Origin: Hormiphora californensis
Lineage: Eukaryota; Animalia; Ctenophora
Direction: 5' to 3'
Assembly (NCBI GenBank): GCA_020137815.1
Contig: CM035355.1
Coordinates: 1,178,001-1,242,000 of the forward strand
DNA length: 64,000 nucleotides
Part shown: piece by piece, positions 36,000 to 48,079 of the stretch
Layout: each line of letters begins with the position of its first letter
Numbering within the stretch: position 1 is the stretch's first letter
The notes under the pieces: model-generated
Told to the model about the DNA's origin: nothing
Database searches by the model: none
What the model saw: the letters and a program-made list of their open reading frames with translations, nothing else
Program-made: the position numbers and the translations under genes

Positions 36000-37217
36000 G
36001 GAACTGTTGATATTTTGTGCTTGTACTGCTACCGATTGAAGATGAAATAGAGAGAAACTAACATTAATTGAGAGAGTGTGTTTGTGTCTGTAACTGTACC
36101 AAAAACTTAACACGTACTGTCACGAGAGCATTGCACTAAATATGGCCAGTGTTTTTAATTGTTTTGTGTTGGTTGAAGGGTCTAGATACAGTACTATCAG
36201 CTCTCTGTTTTTAAACCTCTTTGAAGAACCACTTCTAGATCTGTGCTGCAGTTGTCGCCCTGCATTTAGCTACCGGCCATAGAGACTTTAAATTTAGATC
36301 AAAGTGTATCGGGAGTGTATCGGGAGTGTATCCCAGAAGCCTATTTTCGCCTTCCATTTTCTCTTGCCAGTTGCCATGGTAGAAACTCCACAACATCACA
36401 CATTATCCATAACAAGCTCATTCTGTTTAGCGGCATTCTATATAGAGGAGGGTGCTGTAACATGATGTTAAAGACAGTGTTGTAAAGTTTGATCTTCATC
36501 TACGACCTACGTCTATATACCGAAGTAGGTAAGATACCATTGTATTTCAATTATATTTGTTTTTCTCCGACCCCGATCATATTTGTTGAGTCCAGGTCAC
36601 AACAAGATCGCACTTTGACCAATCCAAAACGGTCTGACTATATCTTAGACAGTCTTCCGGGCCTTTCCTAATGGTGATATGAGGTCACATTATAACTACC
36701 CATGAAATAGTAGCCTGCACGCCCCCCCCCCCTCAACAACACCCGCCCTCGTTTTCACAACCATTAGTTAATATGGTTTACCCAGCCATTTAGTGCCCTA
36801 TCCGGTTAGACGTAGTTTATCGTATCCACTGTCTCCCACCCTCTTTCTCCCCACCTCTATCTCTCTTCCTCCTTTTCTCCCTTGGTATTTCTTCCTCGGG
36901 ATACATGTACCATTTAATTTGAGGGGAAGGAAGAAAGATAGCTCGGGTACGGAGGGCCAGGGACAAATAAGGGCACAGAGAGGGAGAGAAAGAGAGAGAG
37001 AGGGAGTGAGGGAGATACCCGGATGTTACCCCTTTAACTGCTCCCCCTCGTTAGTTCATAATCGCTCTGTACGGTCCCCTGTTGTAGATGGTTAGTGGTT
37101 ACACAAAAGTACAAGGGGTTATATTATTTAGCTATTCCCTCTCCCAGCTTCTCTCTATATCTCTCTCTCACTCGTCATTTGTTCGATCATCAAGGCACAA
37201 TATGTTGTGGCACTTAA

Positions 37218-38227
37218 GGCCAGAGGGGGGGGTCGACCGATTTTTGACCCCTATTTTGGGCCATTTTTGGGGTTACCATCATGTGATAGCGCTTGGCACA
37301 CCGGACCAGATGGATATGACAGAATCGATTTTGCGCGGACGGTCTGGGAGAAAAGTGGGGTTAACTTTTGGCCTGAAATCAATGTAAACCCCAATATTTT
37401 AGGACTAGTAGGGTTTGGGACATCCAATCAAGTGTCAAACGCTTCGTCTTATCAAGAGTGATCACTCTGCTAAGTTTTACACCATTAGTCCAACTGGTCT
37501 TTGAATTATTTGGGGTTTACAAAATCTGGAAAAATCGACATTATGGCTCCCATATACACCCCATTTTTTCACATGGTTAACCACTTTCTGAGAAAACGGC
37601 TAGGATCTAGACCTTGTCATTTGGCACACCTGTTCTACAGACCAAGGAGCATGAAACATATGTAGCGATTTTTGATTAAGGCCCTCAATCAAAAATTATG
37701 GGGGTTTACAAATGTTTGGTCAGGGAAAATATTATGTAAACCCCCATAATTTTTGAATGAGGGCCTTAATCAAAAATCGCTACATATGTTTCGTGCTCCT
37801 TGGTCTGTAGAACAAGTGTGCCAAACGACAAGGTCTAGATCCTAGCCGTTTTCTCAGAAAGTGGTTAACCATGTGAAAAAATGGGGTGTATATGGGAGCC
37901 ATAATGTCGATTTTTCCAGATTTTGTAAACCCCAAATAATTCAAAGACCAGTTGGACTAATGTTGTAAAACTTAGCAGAGTGATCCCTCTTGATAAGACG
38001 AAGCGTTTGACACTTGATTGGATGTCCCAAACCCTACCAGTCCTAAAATAATGGGGTTTACATTGATTTCAGGCCAAAAGTTAACCCCACTTTTCTCCCA
38101 GACCGTTCGCGCAAAATCGATTCTGTCATATCCATCTGGTCCGGTGTGCCAAGCGCTATCACATGATGGTAACCCCAAAAATGGCCCAAAATAGGGGTCA
38201 AAAATCGGTCGACCCCCCCCTCTGGCC
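37218..38227. mobile_element. 1.01-kb almost fully palindromic element with TTAA flanks and GG...CC ends
   Basis: TTAA|GGCCAGAGGGGGGG...CCCCCCCTCTGGCC|TTAA; arms about 490 bp, spacer about 25 bp near 37712-37735. Confidence 0.92.
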
Positions 38228-39426
38228 TTAATTATCAGTTTAGTAGCCCCTCTCGTCCCCGTTTAGTACCATTTATCGTAACTGATGAATAGGCCGAATC
38301 GTTTAAAACTTCAGTGTTCACCCCCCTCTCATCCCCCATATCTGTTGAGCTTTTGTTCCGAATTGCCAATAGAGTTTTTGTTGGTCACATAAACTCTGCA
38401 CCCTTGCCTCATGTAGCACAGTGTGATGCAGTATATACCACACCAGATGGTCACACAGTGCTGCTGCTGTTGGAGTTTGAATAAAGGCGGGCTTTTAGTG
38501 ACTCACTCAAACCTTCTTTGGTTGTTCTAGCGGTTTTTTGAAGTTATTATGTTTCTAAATTATCTCCCGTTAGTTTTTCCCCGATAGTAACCTCTGTCCT
38601 ATTCTTAGTTGTGTTTCACTGCCGTGTATTGTATCTGAAGTGAAATAGAAGATTAGCTCCCTATTTAATTGGGTTTATCCTTGATTGGCAATTCAATTGA
38701 TTGCCGTTAATTGGAAGGGGGGGGTTCCAATTAGGAAGTATCCAGGAAGAGGTTATTAACTAAAGTGCCCACAAATTGTTCTCATAGATACCCTCTATAA
38801 CATGTCTGGTCCTCTGTCTCCCCTAACTGACACACCAGTCACCGATACCGCTCTTATTTCTGTATTGAAATAACCTGTTTTTAGATATATTTCCCTTTTA
38901 TTTCCCTGTTTTACTATCCCCGGAACTGAGCTGTTATTCCAACCCTTATCCTAGTCTCAGTGGGACTAATCTCTGCTATCCGTGATGTGAATTTTGTAAG
39001 GGGGGAGGAGTACCATGATGATGTGAACATGACGTATACACCGATCACTGTGCACTTCTCTGGGAGGGAGGGGCAGCTATACAATGTATAGTTTGTAGCT
39101 ATTGTTTCGCCATTTTATACAAATGAGAGCATACAATGCTACATTATTCCTCCTATATTCCCTTTTCCTCCTTCTAGGGCAAAGTAATAAACCCCTTCAC
39201 ATGTTGTTGTGTATTTCTCTCTAATGCAACACCCCTGCATGGTGTGGTTTAAACTGTGAGTCGGTTTATTTGGGATCTCCCTGAATTTTTGATGAGGTGT
39301 CATAGTGAATTGTGGGCAGGTCGGACTGCCCGACAACGTTAGCCCTATTGATATTGTCACTAGGTTCTGCAAAAAATGGGCTGTACAAATTAGCAGATAT
39401 TCGCCCTAAGAAACGTGCTAAACAGC

Positions 39427-39503
39427 TTGGTAACGAAATTACCCCTCGTAAAGGCATCGCGGTAACGAAACTTCACCTACCTTGCAGGTAATTTAGTTAC
39501 CAA
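39427..39503. mobile_element. 77-bp MITE with a 9-bp TSD (Mutator-like TSD length)
   Basis: CTAAACAGC at 39418-39426 and 39504-39512; TIR TTGGTAACGAAATTACC / GGTAATTTAGTTACCAA. Confidence 0.65.
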
Positions 39504-39730
39504 CTAAACAGCTTCAGTCAGCTTTTGAATTTAAATTATTGTAATTATTTTCACCAAATCAATCCATCCAGCCATGTCACAGATCTATCAACTAAATGTC
39601 CTAATCATCTCAGTATGAACTTGCCGCCATCCTCCGTCACACATGTCATCTGTTGGCAAGAGGGTAAATATTGGTCAACGAGGTGTTGTTAGGGAACTTG
39701 TCAGTTACATTTTATCACCTCTTCAACTCA

Positions 39731-39847
39731 TTATGCCAAAAACTAACAGAAATTAGTTGGCCGGAAAGGTGACCACTTTTGTTGTCAAACTGACACCTTT
39801 GCCCTCTCCGGGTTTCATCATTATCTTTCCCTCTCTGATTTCTATCT

Positions 39848-39926
<79 letters not shown>

Positions 39927-40048
39927 TCTCAAACTCCCTGATTTACCCCATCGATGATATTGGTAACCCGGGCCGGGCAAAGGTGTCAGTTTGACAACAA
40001 AAGTGGTCACCTTTCCGGCCAACTAATTTCTGTTAGTTTTTGGCATAA
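39731..40048. repeat. About 75-bp perfect inverted repeat enclosing a (CT)n tract
   Basis: TTATGCCAAAAACTAACAGAAATTAGTTGGCCGG...CCTTTGCCC and its reverse complement ending at 40048. Confidence 0.85.
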
Positions 40049-41085
40049 TTGGGGTATATTTTTGGTATTTTCTGATGTGAAATACAATGTAAGACATGTC
40101 TGGACGTGTAAAGACCGTCGGGAATCGCTAAAATACGAAAATTTCAATTTTGACGTCGTTATGACGTCATAGCGTGACGTCACGACGTTATAAAGTCAAG
40201 ATGGGGATGTAATATTATCAGGCTCATCTCTTTAAAGATGCTGACCAAGTTTGAGATCGATTGGACAAGATTTGAGGTCGCTATGGCGAAAAACGCATTA
40301 TCGTCATATCTATTTTCATACAGTCTTAACACTTCAGACGCGATTTGAGACCCTTAGAAATAGAGTTTCACAAATTCGCGATATAGTTTCTGAAAGTATA
40401 GACAATTATCTTTCGTAAGTGTGGTCTCCGTTTTTCAATCAGAAGCCGGCTTCAGGGTGTAAATTGAGCTCAAAGAACTTTGGTTCATTTGAAAAAACTC
40501 TTATCTTTATGACAGTTAGTCAAGACGTTCTGGTCGGACCTAGAACATGAAAACCATTCGTTGACACAATTTGAACGATTATCTTTCGAATGCAACAAAC
40601 GAGAAGAGTCTATCCTATGTCGTTTTCTCTCAAAAACGATTATAAATTTGGTAAAATAGCGTCTATCCATACATAGATAGATAGACCCGGGACACTTATT
40701 GCTTTTTTCACGATGCCATATCTCTAAAACTAAAAGAGATAGAGACTTGCCCTTTTAAACTACATTAGATCTAGACTATGTGACACTGTATACCAAATTT
40801 CAGATTGATTGGTGCAGTGGGGGCCTTGCTATGGGCGTCGCAAAATGCCATTTTTGGCTAAAAAGTGAAAAAAGTTATTACTGCATTCTGGCACGCGCGG
40901 CTGGGGGGAGGGGATGGTCACCTTTGCGCTTGCCAGCGCAGTGATCACCTTCAGCTCTCCCCAACAAGCTGTCCCAGTAGTCACATTATCTTTTAGCGGT
41001 TTACACTCAAACCGTCCTGAAATCTCTGTTTCACTTTGAACCTTTCATCAAACATCCTGTCACGCTCCCCGTTACCTCTCTCTCT

Positions 41086-41126
<41 letters not shown>

Positions 41127-41594
41127 AATCATCACTTTATATCTCATCTCTAACCACGCGCTCCCACTTCCAGACAATATCTCGTCAACCCCAAACCACA
41201 ACCCCATTCTCATTAGGTGATTAGTTAATCACTCAATTATCACGAATGAGTCATGTGATATGGAGTACATATCACGTGATTTTGGTTAGTAATCACGTGA
41301 TCAACGACCCACGGGGGAGGTTTACCCAGACCTCAGTAGATTAGTTAATGTACTCTCTGTTTTAAATCTTTCTGTTTAAATCTTTCAGCTTTCTGTTTAA
41401 ATCTACTCCGCTAATCTAAAAGGGATTTCTTCCAATTTTCGCTTAATTCCCATGTCATTGTCTTTACACCCTTCAGTGTCATGCAGTAGTCCAGGTAGTG
41501 GTTCTTTTATGTAACCCAAATTGAGGAACAATAGTTTTAATTGGAGTCATACCTAGTGCTTCTGTCGCTCTGTGTCTCTCTCTCTCTCTCTCTA

Positions 41595-41677
<83 letters not shown>

Positions 41678-43946
41678 GGTTTCAATGCAGCCACTCCTAC
41701 CAGCCTGCTTTTTAGGAGGAGACTAAAATCTCTACTTAGAGAAAGAGGATGGAGAGAGAACATTGGAGAATACTAAAAAATACTGAATACTATAGTCTGA
41801 AGTCAAATAAACTTGAGTCAATGTTTTATGCAGCCTCATTATCTTTTTACCATGTCTTATTTCCTCTCAGTCCCAGCTAAACATGACGTATGCTCCAGTT
41901 GTTTTTGTAAATTCCTGGGCAGGCTGATTTATTCAACTATGTATATTATTATTTGCAGTCCTTTCGTTTTGGTGGATTCCCGGCTCTACCGCGTACTTTT
42001 ATCCTTCATCATTCTTGTTGACTGTAAGAGTAACAAGATCTTTTAGTCCTTTTTTTCAATTTGCCAAATCAGTTATATCAAGACTGCAGGTCTGGTAATT
42101 AAATATGTCTAGATACATAATATAATGTGCACTACACATAATTATGGCTATTTATAGCACCCATCATCTAAATCAGTACTTACTAAATTTATCACTGAAG
42201 CAGCAATGAAAACAAGCTACTCTTTTGTTCTGCACAGTGTCTCGCTAGATCTGCACAATTCGCTCAGTTGCTGCTAGTACCTCACACAGTAGTAGCTGCT
42301 AGTACCCTTTTGTTTGTGTTCATTGCCAGTGGTTTACCAGAACACGCCTCTCGTTTGCGCCCGTTTGAATTTAGTGGCGCCATTGGTCAAGCTCCTCATG
42401 AAAGTTTTGGGAGGGTGAAGGGTTGACACAGAACGCTCCTACCTCTTATTTCTTTCCCCCTCATCTCTCGTTCATCATCCTCTCATAGCGTTTACGCTCT
42501 CTCTATAGATATATCTATAGATCTCGTAAGATATCTATTCTTTGTTTTTATTGCTATTTGAGAGCCACTCATACCGTAATACACATCGAGCAGGAAGAGA
42601 ATATAATATTGATATATTTGGAGCTTCGAGATTTCTATATGGATCAGGATAATTATTATAGAGAGAAAAACTAGTAGTAAGCTTGAAGTTGGAACTCAAT
42701 GTGAAAACCTAGAAGTTGAGATGAACATGTATTTTTCACTCTATGGTGTAGTCAAACATGAGTATGAATGCTGCAAAATGCAATGCACTTGTAGAAGCCT
42801 GAAGTCACGGAGTTCAATCTCTACTCCTCTTTCTTTCTATCATTCTCTCTCTGTATCTATAATAATTTTAACGAAGCAAACTGTCTTCGCAGTACATTGT
42901 GAGATGGGAGGGGTTCCAAGACGCGGCATCTACAGCCTAAACGACAGGAGAGAGGCGCCAGAAAGGAGTGATCGAGAGATAGAGAGAGAGATAGAGAATA
43001 GCTAATCGTATAGATAGGGCATATATATAGAGATAGCTCTACTCTCTATAGAGAGATAGCTCTGATATCAGCTAGCAAGAGATCTATATCTAGCTCTCTG
43101 ATCGACTATAGCAGATCGCTAGAGATCTCTGTTTCTCATCTCGGCTCTTCTATCTTCTATAGAGCAGAGATATCGTCGATCGATCTGTACCTTACACCTT
43201 TTCTATCCTTAACAAGGGATGACAGGCTCTCTCAGAGCAGGTCGTGGCAGCACGTGGCCTCCAAAACTCACTGTTAGATATTGGTCTCTCTCTCTCTCTC
43301 CCTCGATCTATATCTCTCCATCGCTGGATACAATACCACGTGCTGCAGCAGCCGCGACAATTTCTGATCAAATTGAGGGGATCTGGCACGACCACCACCA
43401 CCACCAATGTACCAACACCAGGTATTTGCTTGTATACAATGTCCCTACAACCAGTTTTATGAGCGTGTGTCGCCCCTCTCTTTTTTTTTTCTCAAACTTC
43501 ATATAATATCGTATAACTGAGCCATATTTATACAGTCCCTGGTATTATCCAAAGAGGGGTTAGATAATGACGGAAAGAGACTTCAGCTTCAATGTATAAC
43601 GAGAGGAAGAGGTGTCTGATTAGGAAGTTGTCCCCTAGGAACTCTATAAAATTCAAGAGGAGTCTCTTGCTCGATGATTGTGAAATTTGCATTTAAAACG
43701 ACACACCGCTCATTGTGATCTCTACAATCTACATGCGATCTGGCAAATCTTCCCTATATTTCCCGCATACAAAATGGGTCATTGGGGAATCATTCGAGAG
43801 AATAAAATTAGACAAATCATTTGGTGAGGGGTAATCATCTGAATGTTGCCTATTGCTGGAATTGGTAGAGAGTATTGCACACGCCCCCACTTCCCATACA
43901 ATTTACCCAAGTCTGGTCACTAACTAACCCTCCCTTTCCCCTCCAG

Positions 43947-44665
43947 GTACACCATGGTAAAGTTGGCTCATTGTCCCACGTTGATGTTCTCAAGATAACG
44001 CCACCCTCCCGGTGCTCCAACGGGCTGTGGTCTTGTCATGTCATTCTGAGGGTATCTAGTCGGCAAAAAGAGGAGGTTTGGAGTGCCGTGACACTCATCA
44101 GTACCCTTCAGGTGAGTGTTTGACATTGTTTATATACTTAGGTCTCATGTGAGACTCCCTAAACTTGATCTACTGAAATCTCACAGAGCGTGCTCATTTT
44201 GAAATAAGATGACGGTGTGGGCCACATAATCTCAAACAACCTATCCTAACCAACCCCCCTCCCCACTCAGGGTACGAGATGTGCAGTCAATACTGTCAAG
44301 GAGTCTCCCATCCTGGCATCTTTACTTTCCCAAAACTCACCCACACCCGGACATCATCGCTACCGACATCAACCACCTGTCTTCTGAAGAGAGAGAGATT
44401 CACGCAGAGTGCGTGATGAGTAACGCGTGGGAGCTAACGCGTGAGGTGTGCAGGTGGGGTCAGAACAACAATGATAGACACTATAGGACATGGATTGTTC
44501 AATCTTGTGTGGAAGACTAGCTTACTAAGATTGAAAGTGAGGGTTTGACCTCGAGAAAAGGAATTGAACATTGGTAAAGTGTTGTTTTTTTAAATCTACC
44601 TTTTTACCCATACCGTGATGACTGTTGTTTGTAATGAGTTGTTTTTGATGATTAGAACTCCCTCT

Positions 44666-44700
<35 letters not shown>

Positions 44701-45081
44701 AGGTTCTATCTCAACTTTCTGTGACTTGTAAGAGTGATATCTTCTTTTTGATGCACTTAAATATTCAAATATTCCAAAATATGCGTGTTTCAGTTTGCTA
44801 ATGGAATGTCACATCCTCAAAGTGTGTGTATCATTACTGACAAGGTGGTCCAGGATATGGACTGTCATTTAGCAATGTTAGATGAGGTCTTGCTCAACGA
44901 CCACGCCCTACCAGATGGTGGAAGAACTGCAGAGGTGCGCCTGCACTATTCTGTTGCACAAAGGGAACAAACGCGCGTGGAACAAATGCTGAATAGGGCT
45001 ACTTTCATTAAAATACAAGTTGCCGCGCGCAACACGAACAACGATCGCGGGAGAAAAGTGCGTCAGAAAATCGCCACTTGA
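43947..45081 (+). CDS. 3' exons of an unidentified spliced gene (further exons probably at about 42890-43420)
   Basis: AG/GT-bounded open exons at 43947-44111, about 44271-44445 and 44794-45081 (stop). One junction is off by a base and no family is recognised. Confidence 0.5.
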
Positions 45082-45403
45082 AGTGCATGGGGGCGTCTCA
45101 TCTGCTGTTCTCTCGGTGCAACCATTGTTTAGGATGATATCATTCCAAAACCTTTTTCTACGGCTGGGAGTCCTTTTTGAAAGATAGTATAAATAGCAGT
45201 AGCCAGTACACACTTCCGCGTTTGTGTAGTAGAGAGTGGAGACAAAAATAGCCTTTGTTTGTTAAAGGGAAACATCAAAACAAAAACACACACAGCAAAA
45301 ACAACACCTCAATACAAAACAGCAGTTATCTGAATTATGAAACTCATTCCAACAGTTTCACGCCCTATATGGAGGTAAAATAAGTCCACTAGATAATACT
45401 AGG

Positions 45404-47822
45404 TCACGAAATGGCAGCCTTGTCCACATTCTTCATAACAACATTTATCAGCTTGCGATCCAGTTTCCTGTACCTAAAATAGGGAGATAGAGGTAAGAAT
45501 AAGGGGCCATAAAAAATGACAAATAAGCTGGAGATAGTAAACAAATTAAGAATTCGAGGACTCTCGCCGAACACAGCGCTCATAAAAAAAGAAAAAGAAA
45601 ACAAAACCTCACCTGTCGTCTGTAAGGTAGTTGAGGAATGAGGTATAGGAAGGTCTCATAAGATGAGGTTCACACACCCCAGTGTGTATAGTAATGGCGG
45701 TACTAACTGTAAACAATAATAATACATCATATGGTATCTCTCTTATTATCTGAAGGAGATAATTTAATTAGGGATTTAGTTTAATATTAACTTGAATATT
45801 GAGACCCGGGAAAATGATCCCATTATGTTATTAAAAAAGTCTCCCACTGAATCAAAGTTTTCCATAATTACCTCGTCTTGTATCAGCTTCTTGTAAACAC
45901 ACTGGAATGCTCGACAAAAGAAATAGAGGGCGATGGGCCCCGATGGTTCGGGGACAATGGTAAATGACAGACCAGACACCAAACCTAGGAGGAGAGAGGG
46001 AGTTCTGTTAGAGTATTGTACTATCAGGGTGGGGTACAATGGGTATTACTAACTCAAACAAGAAAGACATGTACCGACCTGCTATAGCGGGTGTAATATT
46101 ATCATTACACCAATCCTATGGAGAGCACACTCCAACGCCACTACTCCTGCAGTGTAGGCGCCAACAAATGAGCTGACTCTGGCTAACTCTCTCCTCTTGT
46201 GGAGCAGTCTGAATACCTGACGGAGAGACCCCCCTGAACTGAGCAGTCTCACACACATCTGAAACAGGGAGATGTTAGTGAAGTTAGGGGTATAATATCT
46301 CTATTATAATTTGGAGATGAACGTCGAAGTGATGGCCGTTCGTTAGGCGGTATCTAAGCGACAGACTGCTCCTTCATAAAACACTTCATATCAGAAGGCC
46401 CTTTAGCGCACCCAATGGGTGCGCTAGTGTTGAAAATTATCGAGGTACAACAAACAAGTGTTAGTAGAGTTTTAGGAAACCTGAATGATAGTGCCCCAGA
46501 TAACTCCATTGAGTCCCGTATTAACCGCATGACCAATGCATGTCAGTTCGTGTGTACACTTAGTCGATCTGTAAAGAGAGAGAGAGGGGATTTGTTCTAG
46601 GTGTGGTAGACGTATACCAACACCATAGGTACTATGCGTGTCTAAAACCCAGGGTTAATAATTCTGGACCACCCTGTACTAACTTGTCACAGTTAGTGTG
46701 TTGTTGTATAAACGCGTCCAACATGGCTACCAGGTTTTCCCTGGCTCTTGTTGCTAGTTTCCAGCCCTGACTAGATGACCCTTCTTTTGAACTCTGACGG
46801 GCCGGACAGCACAATAACTTGGTCATTAGCCAGTCCATTGTGTCGTTTATCTTTACCTGGAGATAGGAATTACTTGTAGACACTTTACCAGATGGGGGTG
46901 GGGGAATATAACTATCTTGTTTCTATCAATAACAAACAACAACAAAGTCTTACCTCTCTATTTCGGTGAAAGTATGTGAGTACCGCCCCAGATACTGCAA
47001 ATAATGCTACCTCACCTCCCTTAATTGGGGGTATTAGGTCCCTGTACACAGCCATCTCATAAAGACACTCTAGTGCTAGAGATGCCATGTATATCGCCAG
47101 AATCTCTTGTCTCTGTAGAATAGAGAGAAGGGGTGATTAGGAAATAAAGGATTGAACCCTTCAGCTGATATGTATTTGGTTTTGAGTCAAAACTTTTGAC
47201 ATTTGAACAGCGCTAAATAGGGTTTGGTTTATCTAGAAAAGTAACATTTAGAAACATAAGGAAACAGCGCCACAAACTTACTGAGTATTTCTCAATGGGA
47301 AGACTGACGAGACTGCCAATTGCGGCAGGTATAGCGGCTACAGTGATTGCTCTGTATTGACCCAGGAGGCGTCGTATTACACAGTGAGCGGCACACGTCA
47401 CAAAACAATGGCAGGTCAGGAACGCTGAGGAACCTGTAAAGAAGGTGAAGTGGGGTTTGTGTAGGAAGGAGAGTGTCAGTAAATATCAGGTCATCTCCTG
47501 ACCTCGATCAGCAGGTCAGCCAAGTGCCAATTAGATATTATATCAGTATCTATCTCAACTCACGTAAGACATCAGGGAATGTTTGCTTCAGACTCTCGCA
47601 CATTGATTTGTGTTTTAGTAGCTGCGGTAGTAGGTAAAGGGCTGTGTATATCTTCACTGCCTTGACGCTGCATACAGACAGGAAATGAAGTCCTGCGACA
47701 TCACATCTCTGGAAGTCAGCGTGCCAGAGGGTGTTACAAGGTAGACCATATACAGGGGGCACGAACATAGATTTAGCAGTCCGGAGAAGGCAGTACACCT
47801 TGTCAGTCAAGGTACCGGACAT
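45404..47822 (-). CDS. TMEM135: Transmembrane protein 135 family, multi-exon
   Basis: PCNTLWHADFQRC...VKIYTALYLLPQLL, SSAFLTCHCFVTCAAHCVIRRLLG, SLPIEKYS-RQEILAIYMA, KCTHELTCIGHA, LRPSYTSFLNYLT; stop at 45404-45406. Confidence 0.8.
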
Positions 47823-48079
47823 GGCGAGGAGAGCTGCACTACATATCTGACATTAATAGTTCCACTTCCTGGGGTTGATGTGGGAGTTGAGAGAAGGCTC
47901 TACTTCGAGATAGTTTCAGAGAACGTAACAGGATACTTTTTTTAGAAAATCTCAATTTTACAGATTGCAGAACATTTTAAAACAGCCTAGATAAAGGATT
48001 CTCTCTGAAGATTAAAAAATCAACACGTTATATTTTGCAACACGGGTAATAATACGAATTCATAACATATCGGGACTGC

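Noticed and set aside
39731-40048. MITE with a microsatellite core
   Set aside because: There is no TSD and the right arm continues into a longer repeat; a local inversion or fold-back artefact at the (CT)n tract is equally likely.
46354-46883. Separate nested gene inside TMEM135
   Set aside because: The segments splice into TMEM135 itself (KCTHELTCIGHA... matches the family's second half).
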